Shown here: positions 12,601 to 25,100 of the stretch, piece by piece
How positions within the stretch are numbered: position 1 is the stretch's first letter
Layout: each line of letters begins with the position of its first letter
Assembly (NCBI RefSeq): GCF_031769215.1
Contig: NW_026782303.1
Location: 372,001 to 436,000 of the forward strand
Length of the DNA: 64,000 bases
Reading direction: 5' to 3'
From: Ylistrum balloti
Taxonomy: Eukaryota
Program-made: the position numbers and the translations under genes
Notes under the pieces: model-generated
Databases searched by the model: none
Seen by the model: the letters and a program-made list of their open reading frames with translations, nothing else
What the model was told of the DNA's origin: nothing

Positions 12601-14198
12601 AAGTGTAAATAACATATCTGTTTATGCAAGTTATTTACTCATATCTGATGTAAAATTTCTTGTATCTTTGCTGTTCCATGTATTAGTGTATCCCATATGA
12701 TATGTAGTAAACAATACATTGCACTCATGATGCAATAAATGAAAGATTACTCAGGTTAGGAAATAATCTACATTGGATCCTTCATATTAGTCAACAAAAA
12801 GCTGGGAAACTGATGCAATAAATGAAAGATTACTCAGGTTAGGAAATAATCTACATTGGATCCTTCATATTAGTCAACAAAAAGCTGGGAAACTGATGCA
12901 ATAAATGAAAGATTACTCAGGTTAGGAAATAATCTACATTGGATCCTTCATATTAGTCAACAAAAAGTTTGGAATAAGCATTAGATATTGATTCTGCTGC
13001 ATGTTTTCTCTGATGAAATGAATTTGCATTTTCTTTTGACACTTTCGATAGATTAGGATTTAAAACTAATGTTTTCATAGTCGTCTGTCCATTTAATGTG
13101 TGTGCAGTGTTGATGTGCCAGTGACACTGCATTTTGGTGCATGCATAACATTTTTGTAATAGCAGTGCACATGAATCTGATGTTTGTGAACATCTGATTC
13201 CTGTGGTGATTGGCCATGCTAACATAACATATGTTTCCTCATTGAAAACACCTGTTTAGTATAATCATTTGGAAGAATGTATAACTTAGGTTAAGTCTAG
13301 TAGAAGCTTATAGTAGAAGTGAGCAATCCAATTTGTGGGATGAACCATATTTGTCACTACAAAATTTATATGCACCTTCACATGTGTCATATGTAACATA
13401 CAATGATAAAGATAGTTAGATAAGAAAGAAAAACAATGAACTTTTGTGTCAGCATAATGGATATTTCATCTAAATAAATCCTCACACCTGTTGTAAAGTT
13501 TTGATGTTGTTTAAGTACAATATACAATGCCAATGCCAGTGGCTGACTCTTGAATTGGAATTAAATTTTTTTTCACTCAATTGTACATTTTGCACAAATT
13601 TCACTGATTTGATGGTAAAATGTATTCAAAATTTCAAATCTGGCTGTTGATAGTAATCTTCTATAAAAGTGTTTGATTGTTTTGTGTGTGACAGATTACT
13701 ACATCTTGCATTCAAAGTTACAAATATGTAAATATCAACACATTTAGTCTTTCAGTAATTTCAGTTCTTTGATTCAATGGTTAGACTTTTATTTCTAAGT
13801 ACAATTGTTTTTTGTAAATTTCATCAAAATTCTCATATGACGGAGGATGAAGGAGAAGCTTAGTTGATTGCTATATGCATTAGAATTTACGATTTCATTT
13901 TTTCACAAATTTTTCAGATCTTGGAGGATGGTATAGTTATCGTATGTCCAAAGCAGCTCTGAACATGTGCAGTAAAAACTTGAGTATAGAGCTAGGTCGA
14001 GGCAGTAAACCTGTGATATGTGTTTCACTACATCCTGGAACCGTGGATACAGACCTCTCGCGACCCTATCACAAAAATGTGCCTAAGTTATTTACCACTG
14101 AGTACAGTGTTGATTGCCTAATGGACATTGTGGAAAGTCTTACAATTTCAGACACTGGAAAGTTTCTGTTGTATGATAGAACTGTATATCCATTTTAG
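9698..14198 (+). CDS. Short-chain dehydrogenase/reductase, C-factor (CsgA)-like, 261 aa
   Basis: Coding exons 9698-10024, 11800-11977 and 13918-14198 with canonical GT/AG and matching phases (0, 1). Motifs: Rossmann QGASRGIG, NNAG, catalytic-region NMSAKVGS, YRMSK (YxxxK), LHPGTVDTDLSRP. Confidence 0.92.
10201..11160. repeat. ~29-bp minisatellite in SDR intron, split by an inserted element
   Basis: Unit AGATTATCTTTACCTCCTTATTTCTCATT. About 2 units at 10201-10269 and ~17 units at 10648-11160. Confidence 0.9.
10270..10647. mobile_element. MITE-like element with imperfect TIRs (hAT-like CAGG terminus)
   Basis: Left end CAGGCCTCGAATGT and right end AAATTTGAGACTTG form imperfect inverted repeats, with internal ACTTGC subrepeats. 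The element sits within one minisatellite unit, flanked by TTGAC/TTGGC. Confidence 0.55.
12728..12967. repeat. 83-bp tandem triplication (~2.9 copies, identical)
   Basis: TGATGCAATAAATGAAAGATTACTCAGG... starts at 12728, 12811 and 12894 with no mismatches until the truncated end. Confidence 0.95.
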
Positions 14199-17100
14199 GT
14201 ATCATTCAACCTGTGTAATCTACCATCTTGTGAGACACAATGTCAACAGGAGGGTTTTACGACAATACAAGTGGGGCTAAAATAAGAAATGTTTCTACGG
14301 CTAGTGTAGACAAAGTGTATTCCACTTCTGTTTGTCGTGGAGATCACTCAGTCCACATCACACAGAGGTGTTAATTTTTCTCCCAATAATTGATATTTTT
14401 CTGATGAATTAATAACAAAATTAAAAAAAAATCAATGAATCATATTTAACAACAAAATGATAATAAAATATAAAACCACAAACAATGGTTTTTTTTTTTT
14501 TTTTTTTACTTTTTATTGAAAGAAAGATGTTGGCTGTCAACAGTGCATGAGCATTGCATTTTACATGTATAGTTATAAAAACGCAGACTACATAGTACCA
14601 GTAATGATTTATCCAACACCGCACAGCATCGATACACAAACCTACAATATATTTTCACTAAATTAAAGAGATAAACCATTTTACAAGTTTCAGATTGTTA
14701 AAAAAATTTAAAACTTTGAAGTTTACTGATGATAAGGCATTAGAATGTTATATCAATTTTTTAGTTTTGCGACACAATTTTGTAACTTAGAAGTTCATAT
14801 TCTGCACTAATCTCATGGTATGCAAACCCACAGTTAGGTGAGACTTTCAATATAAACAAATGTAATTGATTCAATTTGATTTTGAAAATATTTTTTAAAA
14901 ACATTTCAACTTAATGAAGTTAAATACAATGTAACTGTATATACCATGTTTTTGTATATCCATATAAAAAAATATGCTTGACATGTATTCCATATTATGA
15001 AATTGATATGAAGTTATAAAGACATATTACAGAAATGTAACAAGATTTACAATACTGTACTGTCACTGATAGTGATAAATATCTGTAATCAGCTTTCACT
15101 AATTAGTGTATCCCTTCTGTTACAAGAAACAAAAAGACCATGATCAACAGCTAATTCTATGTTGGAAGACCTCCATATGACATCTCGGTTTTACCTAAAA
15201 TATGTCTTCTGTTGGTATAAAAACAAAATGTTATCTGCCATTTCATGTAATATTCTCAGCTATATTGTACAATCTTTGTCACACAACCAATAACTTTATT
15301 AATGAACACAAGCTAATAAAGAACATTTATGAATATGATGACGATTTCATGAATAGCTGATGTATTGATCTCATTGAGAGGTAGCAATATTGCTTCACTA
15401 GGGAAAAGGCCATGAACTAAAGCAAAGCATACAATAAAGCTGTTTTTGCAGAAAGCACTAAAATATTAAATAATTTCACCTAGATGTATGTACAGGAAAC
15501 CAAGGAAAAGCAAAAATAAAAGTCAAACGTAAAATTCTTAGTAAATTATCATCGACATCACTTGACTGTATAGTGTTTGTACTGTAGAATATATTAATCA
15601 GATTACTTTACATAGATGATTTAAGCAAAACTGGAAACATACAAGTGGACAATTTCAAAACTGGCATCTCTTTACATCTTACATTCAGCTTCATTACACC
15701 ATATTAGGTCATCATACAAGGATTTTGATAAGAAATGTCAGATTCAAGATTCACAAAATACTTTTGATTTATTTGGAATCAAATGCTGTCAAACAGCTTA
15801 ATTCCTTTTTTTCCTTGCTTGAACATTTCAACTAAGCACAAAAGCCATTCATTTACAGAATGTACACATGCACTAGTGACCAATATACAACACCTTGAAT
15901 AGTGTCAATGGTAAATGTTGTAATCATTTTCATCATGTCTTGAAATCATTTAATTCATTCAGTTATTAGATCATCTAATCATCACAGAACAAAAACATTT
16001 CCCTTTTAACTTCACATGATTACTCTTGTACATGTCCATTTTAAAAAAAAAACAACTTTTTGATTGTTATCCATAGAAAAAAAAATTCTGTATTACAATG
16101 AAAAATAAAAGCCCTATTGTACAGAGCCAGAATGGTCTAAATAAAAGCAAAAACTGCCAAGGGGGAGTCAATGCATGTAAAACAGTCAATCTGATTAAAA
16201 TGCAAATCATCAAAATATGTTATATTATGAAGTATGAAGATCTGACAGTGGCCGTTAACGGGTCATGTTCAAGTAATCTTTCAACCAACCAATCAAAATA
16301 ATACTTGCAAAGTCTCATTTCTCTTCAGCTTTTAACATTGTTGGTTGACATTTTGTAGGTAATAACCGAGAATCTGGAGTCTCAAACATTCCAAGCAAAG
16401 AAAGACAAGTTTTGATAGGCTAAAAAAATACTTTTAGCTGGTAAGCATTAGGGTTATCTGAACATGACCCCTTAAATCATCAGATCTTCATAATATTGTG
16501 TATAATGATGAACTGTATTTTAATCAGATTGATATGACAGTATGAATTAACATGTAGTGCTTGACTATAAATGTTAAATATGATGGCACAACACAAAGAT
16601 ATTTACATGATCACAACTGGTGGTAATTATATATATAAATCAGTAGAAAGAAAGTAGAAGTCTGGAATGTTATATATAAAAAAATACTTCTTTTCATACA
16701 GAAAATAATTATAGAAAAAGGGGAATGATTTAATAGAATGAAAAAAGTCTGTAAAATTGAAAATCTGGCAACATCTGTGTTACCTATATACATTTAAATA
16801 TCAAATTATAACTTCATATCCAGTATGTATCTCGCACAAAAGTCTATAATTATGAATATCTAACTGAATCACCAAGCACCATCAAAATAAGACTACAATA
16901 TCTTTAATATGAACACCAATAAGGTTTTACTGCTCGAATCCTACATGTGAAGGAGAGAAGTGTGACTATACGGAGTGAAGAGTTTAAACCTTCTATAATA
17001 CACTAAGAAAACAAATGTAAATACATACTTTATGTACACATTATACGTAAACATCTAAACAAATACCTGTCAGTTATACAATCATGCTTTCAAATCCCTT

Positions 17101-17537
17101 GATATTCGTATTTCATCATTTTCTAAAGGCATTTGGATGAATTAAAACCTTTCTTTCAATTTGTTGTATTTTAAAATTTCCTCAAGCCACTGAAGGGAAA
17201 AATTATTATGTACTCAATGATTTTGGTTTTTGGCCCCAGTTTTATCACTTAATCTTCAGAATTATTCATAATTTCAAAAATTCAGTCAGATTAACAGAAA
17301 GAGCATGTTGTTTACAGTATTTAATGAGTTTATCAAAAATAAGTCTAAAAGTTTTTGAATGGCACATTCTCCCTCTTAGACACTGCAAAAATATGGCCAG
17401 TATATTGACGATGATTTCAACTCTTGGTTCACAAGAATATGGGAGGTTAAAAAACTGAATTCACTTCACATGTTATCAAACCGTAATAAGGCAGTTTATT
17501 TACAAGACTAGACAAACGTAAATTTTGAAAAAATATT

Positions 17538-18127
17538 TACATGAAACCTGCTTCGAAGACCACAAACACTTAAACATATTTTTGAAATATTACCTGTATC
17601 GATCACATGTCTATCAGGACCACTTTACAATATAGATCACTTGTCTATGAAGACCATGAAGTCTTTCATTGATTTAACCTGTCTATAAAGACCACTGTAT
17701 AGATAACTTTTCTATCAGACCATGAAGTCTTTCATTGATTTAACCTGTCTATAAAGACCACTGTATAGATAACTTTTCTATAAGACAATGAAGTCTTTTA
17801 TTGATTTAACCTGTCTATAAAGACCACTGTATAGATAACTTGTCAATAAGACCATGAAGTCTTTTATTGATTTAACCTGTCTATAAAGACCACTTCAATA
17901 TATTGATCACTTGTCTACAAATATAAACATTTTATATATAGAGGTCACTTTTTCTGTAAAACAACCTTTTAATATAGATCACTTGTCTATGTAAACTAGA
18001 CTAAGAGAGAATCTATTTTATATAGATCACGTCTTTTAAGACCAGCCTTTATCAGAGATTACCTGTCTTTAAAGACAATAAAACTGTCTGTCCTGATGGT
18101 CCAATACTTTTAAATAGGTTTGACACA
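17538..18127. mobile_element. Degenerate MITE with internal 33/66-bp tandem repeats
   Basis: Ends GAAACCTG...AAGACCAC and TAGGTTTGAC resemble CAGTCAAACCTG-type TIRs. Internal repeat CTGTCTATAAAGACCACTGTATAGATAAC... has a 66-bp period (17681, 17747). Confidence 0.5.
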
Positions 18128-19112
18128 GCCATCACAATTTGATTTAAAATCATATCTTGATCAGTTCTATCATCCAGTAAACTACACTGTTCTACTCAAA
18201 AGTACATACTTGCATGAAATATCTATCAGTGAAAAATTTATCTTAAGTTGATAGTCTTATTCAGTAACCTTGATCAGGAATTATTAGTATGATGGCAACT
18301 GCTGATGCAAATTTAGTCTGAGATTCAATATTCCATCAGTGAGTATACCCTGTCTGCCCTTACTCCATTTCTTTTTAACAGTAATTATTACAATTATGCA
18401 GGTGAAGAGCCATTTTATCACATTCATGACACCTATGTCAGGTTTTACCCCTAACATGGTCTCTCTGTCTTACCCTAGTTTGACAAAAATATACTGTAAC
18501 ATCACCTACTAACACAGTTGCATCAGCTAAAGTTAACTGTATTGAAGGTGTTAAATTGATTAAATGGCAAGAATCAAACACGTTTACATCCTCCTTTAGC
18601 ATAAGTATCCAAACACTCACATAAAAATGTGTTTAATCAAAGCTTAAACCTTACATAACTAAATATAACTCTATCAATGAATAAACCTATATAAAACTTT
18701 TTCTTCAACGGTTCATATACATTTCCATATATAAAAATAAAACCGACACAAATGATTGAAACCTGTCAACATATTGGTTCTGATGTTGTTGATGAATTAA
18801 CCTGTATATTTATGACTTTCAGCTATGCAGAAGTGTATAATTATGCATTTCTATGTAAAATGAATGTCTGTAACACATGTTTATCAACCTGTAAATGTTG
18901 TCCTCAGTGGTGGTCCAAGACCTTTATGCTAGGTTTCACTGCACTAACACAAAAAAAATAAATAAATTTCAAGTTCTCTGTAATGTATACTTTACAAAAT
19001 AAACAATATAAATTATCAATTTAAAAAATAAGAATATTGAAACAACTGGAATGTAATTGTGAACAGTGGACAAGGATTGATTGTAACATGACTTCCTATA
19101 AAATTTTTGTGA

Positions 19113-22100
19113 TCAGCTCTGCTTCCCAATTTCCAATTTTCTAATGATTTCTGATGCTGTGAAGATACAGGAGTCTAAAATCCCAGCAACAGTAAAAGTT
19201 CCTCCTACTATGGCACAAATCTGCAAAAATAATAATTAAAAAAGCAGATAAATATATATACATTTAAACAATAAACAGTTACCAGATGGGGTATACATCT
19301 GTTGCAAACACAATGCAGGTGGAAGACAGAATGGTGTCTGTTAATTTTTTTTGTTAAAATCTTACTTGTCGTAAGTCCATCATCTTCTTATATGTCAGTT
19401 CATTTCATATTGATAACGAAGTGAACTTGACGAGCAGCCAGTTTTGTTTACCTAGGAGACATCTAGACTTATTCCTTCCAACATCGACCGTGATGAATGC
19501 TATACAGAATGTAAATACTACAATTATATCTACTAGATTTATGTTTTGATGGGTGTCTCACCTTGACCTCCAAATGTGAATTCATATGCTTGACCAGATA
19601 GGCATTCATAGCCTGATATACTAGTTACATAATGGTTTACATAGAATAAACAGGAATCTGGTGGTAGAATGGAAATATATATACATAACCATCAAAATTT
19701 AATAGCTAACATTATGATATATATATCTTCATGGAGCTCAATTTTTTCATTATGATACTAACAATCTATTTTCAAATTTTTGAAAGTTTATTAATTTGAA
19801 GAAATATATCAATAGCTTAAGAGTACTCACAAAATCAACAAAATGGAAAAAATCTCATGAAAAAGTCCATAATAACCTACCTCATTGTATAATTAAAATC
19901 TATTGAGTAACTTAAACAAGATCAAGTCTCATTTACTCTGTTAGATATTACTTCTGTATGCCAACTATATATATTTGATCAAGCAATAAGAATACTAGAG
20001 ATTTATTTGCACTTCTTAAAGATTCCATATCAGAATGGAATTATAGCTCCAATCTCAATTATTCAGGAATTTGAAAGCATTTAATAACACAATATTTTTC
20101 ATTTCAACCAGCCACCCCTGCCTTCAATTTATTCATTATTTATTCCTATATTTTATAGGTCTTTAACCTCATTTTCTGTTTATTTCTTGTAGTAGAGTTT
20201 GCTGTTCTTTGTACTTCTACAGGTTCTATACTTCACTGGGTTTCTTAAAAGGATGAAGAGAGATGGAAAAATACAGGCATTTCTTTACGCAGACAAAATT
20301 AGGTCAGTTTCCTCATAGATTAGTTCAGATTCCATATGAATAAGGTTAAGTTCTTACATATATCAATAACTAAAACTAGATGTATTAGTGAGAAATGAGT
20401 GCAAACTAAAGCAGTTTCTTTATATGTTTCATAATCAAAGCCCATAACTCTGGAAATAACAGATCAAATCTAACAAAAACTGAACATACACTTTCTCATT
20501 ATACAACTATATGCCAAATTTCAGTTCAATTTCTACATCCACCAAAGACTTCAAAGAAACCAAATAATGATGGAACCAATTGAAGAGGTAACACTATACA
20601 CACCCAGCTGTTTTATGACAAGGGTATAAAAATAAATAAAATTCACATGACATGAGATGTTTATAAAATATTCACTTACTGTTGTAAGGAATGTGTAGAA
20701 TGGTTTTCTTCTCTCCATGTATCGTACTGTGATAGGACTAAGATCGTATCGGAACCAAATAGCAGGCATGATCCTACCTCCGTGTCCGTATTGTAACATG
20801 TCCTGTGTACAGAGATTACAAGTGAAACAGGAGTAAGACAATGAAAACAAAGACTAGCAGATTTGAATTAAGTCATACATTCACTGTATTTATTATGTAT
20901 GTTAATTTTATGATCTTATATTTACAGTGAGTAAGCAATTTTGCGTGAAAAAATCCACCATTTGTGTATATAAATCTAGAATAATAACAATTTACCACTC
21001 ACTACAATATGGTCTTAACACATGTACTTTCTTTCTATTTGTTTTGTAAGTGTAAATACACAGCAATCAAGGACAACCACAAAGAAATTCGCTGGGATAT
21101 AATCTTCATATTTCTCTCAATATATAACTGTTGTCAATTTTTTAACTTAGAACTTCATTGATATAATTTATAAGCTGCAGTTAACTAAAAACTACATCAA
21201 TACATTATTTTTACACATAATAGATAGATACATGTATCCTATATAACTCGGTAATGGACCAACCTAAGTCCACTGCAGTTTCAGAAAAATTCAAACAAAT
21301 TCTACATGTAGATCATCAATCTTTGATGCAATAACCTTCTACTTTAGGTCAGAGGTTACATCTTGTTCCAATCATCTCTTAAAAGGATAATGACAATAAA
21401 ACTGGGGAATTCATATAAATCGTGTTATAAGCCTAGTGGTGAACACACAAGTTCTGTAAGTTTGGCTTATAACCAGACACAGACCTATAACCAGACACAG
21501 GCCCATTACCAGACAAAGGTTTACAACCAGACACAGGCTTATAACCAGACACTGGCTTATTACCAGACACAGGCCCATTACCAGACACAGGCTTATTACC
21601 AGACACTGGCTCATTACCAGACACAGGCTTATTACCAGACAAAGGTTTACAACCAGACACAGGCTTATAACCAGACACAGGCTTATTACCAGACAAAGGT
21701 TTACAACAAGACACAGGCTTATAACCAGACACAGGCTCATTACCAGACACAGGCTCATTACCAGACAGGCACATTACCAGACACAGGCTCATTACCAGAC
21801 ACAGGCACATAACCAGACAGGCTTATAACCACACACAGGCTTATTACCAGACAAAGGTTTACAACCAGACACATGCTTATAACCAGACACAGGCTCATTA
21901 CCAGACACAGGCTTATTACCAGACAGGCTTATTAACAGACACTGGCTCATTACCAGACACAGGCCCATTACCAGACACAGGCCCATTACCAGACAAAGGT
22001 TTACAACCAGACACAGGCTTATAACCAGACACAGGCTTATTACCAGACACAGGCCCATTACCAGACAAAGGTTTACAACCAGACACAGGCTTATAACCAG

Positions 22101-25100
22101 ACACAGGCTCATTACCAGACACAGGCTTATTACCAGACAAAGGTTTACAACCAGACACAGGCTTATAACCAGACACAGGCTTATTACCAGACAAAGGTTT
22201 ACAACAATACACAGGCTTATAACCAGACACAGGCTCATTACCAGACACAGGCTTATTACCAGACAGGCACATTACCAGACACAGGCTCATTACCAGACAC
22301 AGGCACATAACCAGACAGGTTTATAACCACACACAGGCTTATTACCAGACAAAGGTTTACAACCAGACACATGCTTATAACCAGACACAGGCTCATTACC
22401 AGACACAGGCTTATAACCAGACACAGGCTTATTACCAGACAGGCTTATTAACAGACACTGGCTCATTACCAGACACAGGCCCATTACCAGACAAAGGTTT
22501 ACAACCAGACACAGGCTTATAACCAGACACAGGCTTATTACCAGACACAGGCCCATTACCAGACACAGGCCCATTACCAGACAAAGGTTTACAACAAGAC
22601 ACAGGCTTATAACCAGACAAGTTCATTACCAGACACAGGCTCATTACCAGACAAAGGCTCATAACCAGACACATGCTTATAACCAGAACAGGCTTATTAC
22701 CAGACAAACGTTTACAACCAGACACGGGCTTATAACCAGGCACAGGATTATTACCAGACACAGGCTTATTACCAGATAGGCTCATTACCAGACACAGGCT
22801 CATTACCAGACACAGGCTTATTACCAGACAAAAGTTTACAACCAGACACAGGCTTATAACCAGACACAGGCTCATTATCAGACACAAGCTCATTACTAGA
22901 TAAGGCTTATTACCAGACACTGGCTCATTACCAGACAGGCTTATTAACAGACACTGGCTCATTACTAGACACAGACTCATTACCAGACACAGGCTAATAA
23001 CCAGACACAGGCTTATAACCAGACACAGGCTCATTATCAGATAAGGCTTATTACCAGACACAGGCTCATTACCAGACATGGGCTTATTACCAGACACTGG
23101 CTTATTACCAGACATAGGCTTATTACCAGACACTGGCTCATTACCAGACATGGGATTATTACCAGACACAGGCTTACATCTATAACCAGACAAATGTTGA
23201 TTACCAGACACTGGCTCACGTCTATAACCAGACAGGCTTATAACCAGACACAGGCTTATTACCAGACACTGGCTCATTACCAGACACAGGCTCATTACCA
23301 GACACAGGCTTATAACCAGACACTGGCTTATTACCAGACAGGCTTATTACCAGACACTGGCTCATTACCAGACACAGGCTTATTGCTAGACACTGGCTCA
23401 TTACCAGACACAGGCTTATTACCAGACACTGGCTTATTACCAGACACAGGCTTATTACCAGACATGGGCTCATTACCAGACACAGGCTCATTACCAGACA
23501 CTGGCTTATTACCAGACATGGGCTCACTACCAGACACAGACTTATTACAAGATACAGGCTTATTGCTAGACACTGGCTCATTACCAGACACAGGCTTATT
23601 ACCAGACATGGGCTTATAACCAGACACAGACTTATTACAAGATACAGGCTTATTGCTAGACACTGGCTCATTACCAGACACTGGCTTATTACCAGATATA
23701 GACTGATTGCTCGATTAATACATTAATGCTAAGTTATTTTTTTTCTTCGACAGTAAATGTCCTTACTCTGTGTGAGTATGTATACTGGTAGGGAAAATGA
23801 ATGTTTCCTTTGATATCCTCATACACTGTAGGAACAATCTTCACGATGTAGTCATGGGTATGAATGGCTGTAAAATAAAAACAGTTTTTAAAGGATATTT
23901 ATCTTTTCATACATTAGACAGCAAAATCTCACATATATTAAATATATCCTGTACTAGATTTGTCAGTCTTCTTCAATTTGTCTGGCTGCATGCCCATGTG
24001 TATATGACACTACATGTCTTACACTGATAATTTGCCTCAGAATCCTTTCACATCACTTGTGATGTTGATACATATACAGTATGCAGTGGTAAATGGTGTT
24101 TCAAGAAAATACATTTTTCTCCTATTACAATTTGTAAATAAAAAGTGACATTAAATGACATGACATTAAGTGTTCCCACTTTATAACACATTAAACCATT
24201 CATCTGTAAGAAAAGTAAAGAAACACACAATGTATGTACGGTGTTTGTCGTAGGAGATGATTAACTTACCATTGGCTTGTGTCCTGTCGACATTTTCTAG
24301 AGGGTTAAAAGAACCCTTCACAACCTGTCAATATAACACAATATGTTTCCACATTAAGCAAATGATAACAAACTTTTTTAAAAGGTAAATGTGAAGAAAA
24401 CACTGCAATTGTAGGCCATGTTACCTCATTTCAAATAAACATTTACTTTATTCTAAAACACTTCTTTTATATCAGTCTGGTTATGTCTTTTTATTATAAA
24501 TCAAATTAGTTGTGACAGATGTAACGGGCCCGGAAAAATACCAATAACACTGCATTTTATCTGAATATGTAGATTGATTTCTCTGTGGAGATGTTAAAAA
24601 GAAACAAAGAAACATCTTATGCTGAAATCAGTTGTGGATACTATTCATGTTTGAGTATTGGGGTGTATAATCTTGTTTCAGAGTACAGATCATTCATGAT
24701 TTTGAAAAAGAGGGACCAAAACTGGGACTTTTAAGGCTTACTAGTAAATTCTCTTCCTAAAACTTGATTTTTTTGTGATATTAGAATCAAAACTGGTAAG
24801 TAATGATGGAGAAAACACTTTGATCAGCTCTATTTATCTGTGGATTACAAGTCAGCAGATTTTTCTTCATCACTAGCACTTTACCTTATCTTCTTGTACA
24901 TCCATTCCAAAGCGAACCTTGTGAATTATGTGTGTCATATCTGGGTTTTGTGGTTGAACTTTGGAGGAATGCGTTGACACATGGAAGTTTCCAGGAATCT
25001 AAAGAAGATTTGGAGATAAAGACGTACATTTTCATAATGTATATCATATACAGTGATTTCTGGGACTCGAATATTTGGGATGTGAGTCCCAAATATCACT

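Noticed and set aside
9698-14198. Recent horizontal transfer of the bacterial-like CsgA SDR
   Set aside because: The gene has spliceosomal introns and host-like composition, and this SDR subfamily is known from other animals and plants.
19370-19625. Exon-like segments with good donors in the last ERGIC1 intron (- strand)
   Set aside because: Exon 8 joins exon 9 in frame to give a complete ERGIC1. These segments are out of phase or stop at once and resemble no known protein.
21363-23681. Long repetitive ORFs (NQTQAY, GNKPVS, SLCLVI)
   Set aside because: Products of an 18-bp minisatellite, repeatedly broken by 16-bp units that shift frame; intronic and without splice or start context.
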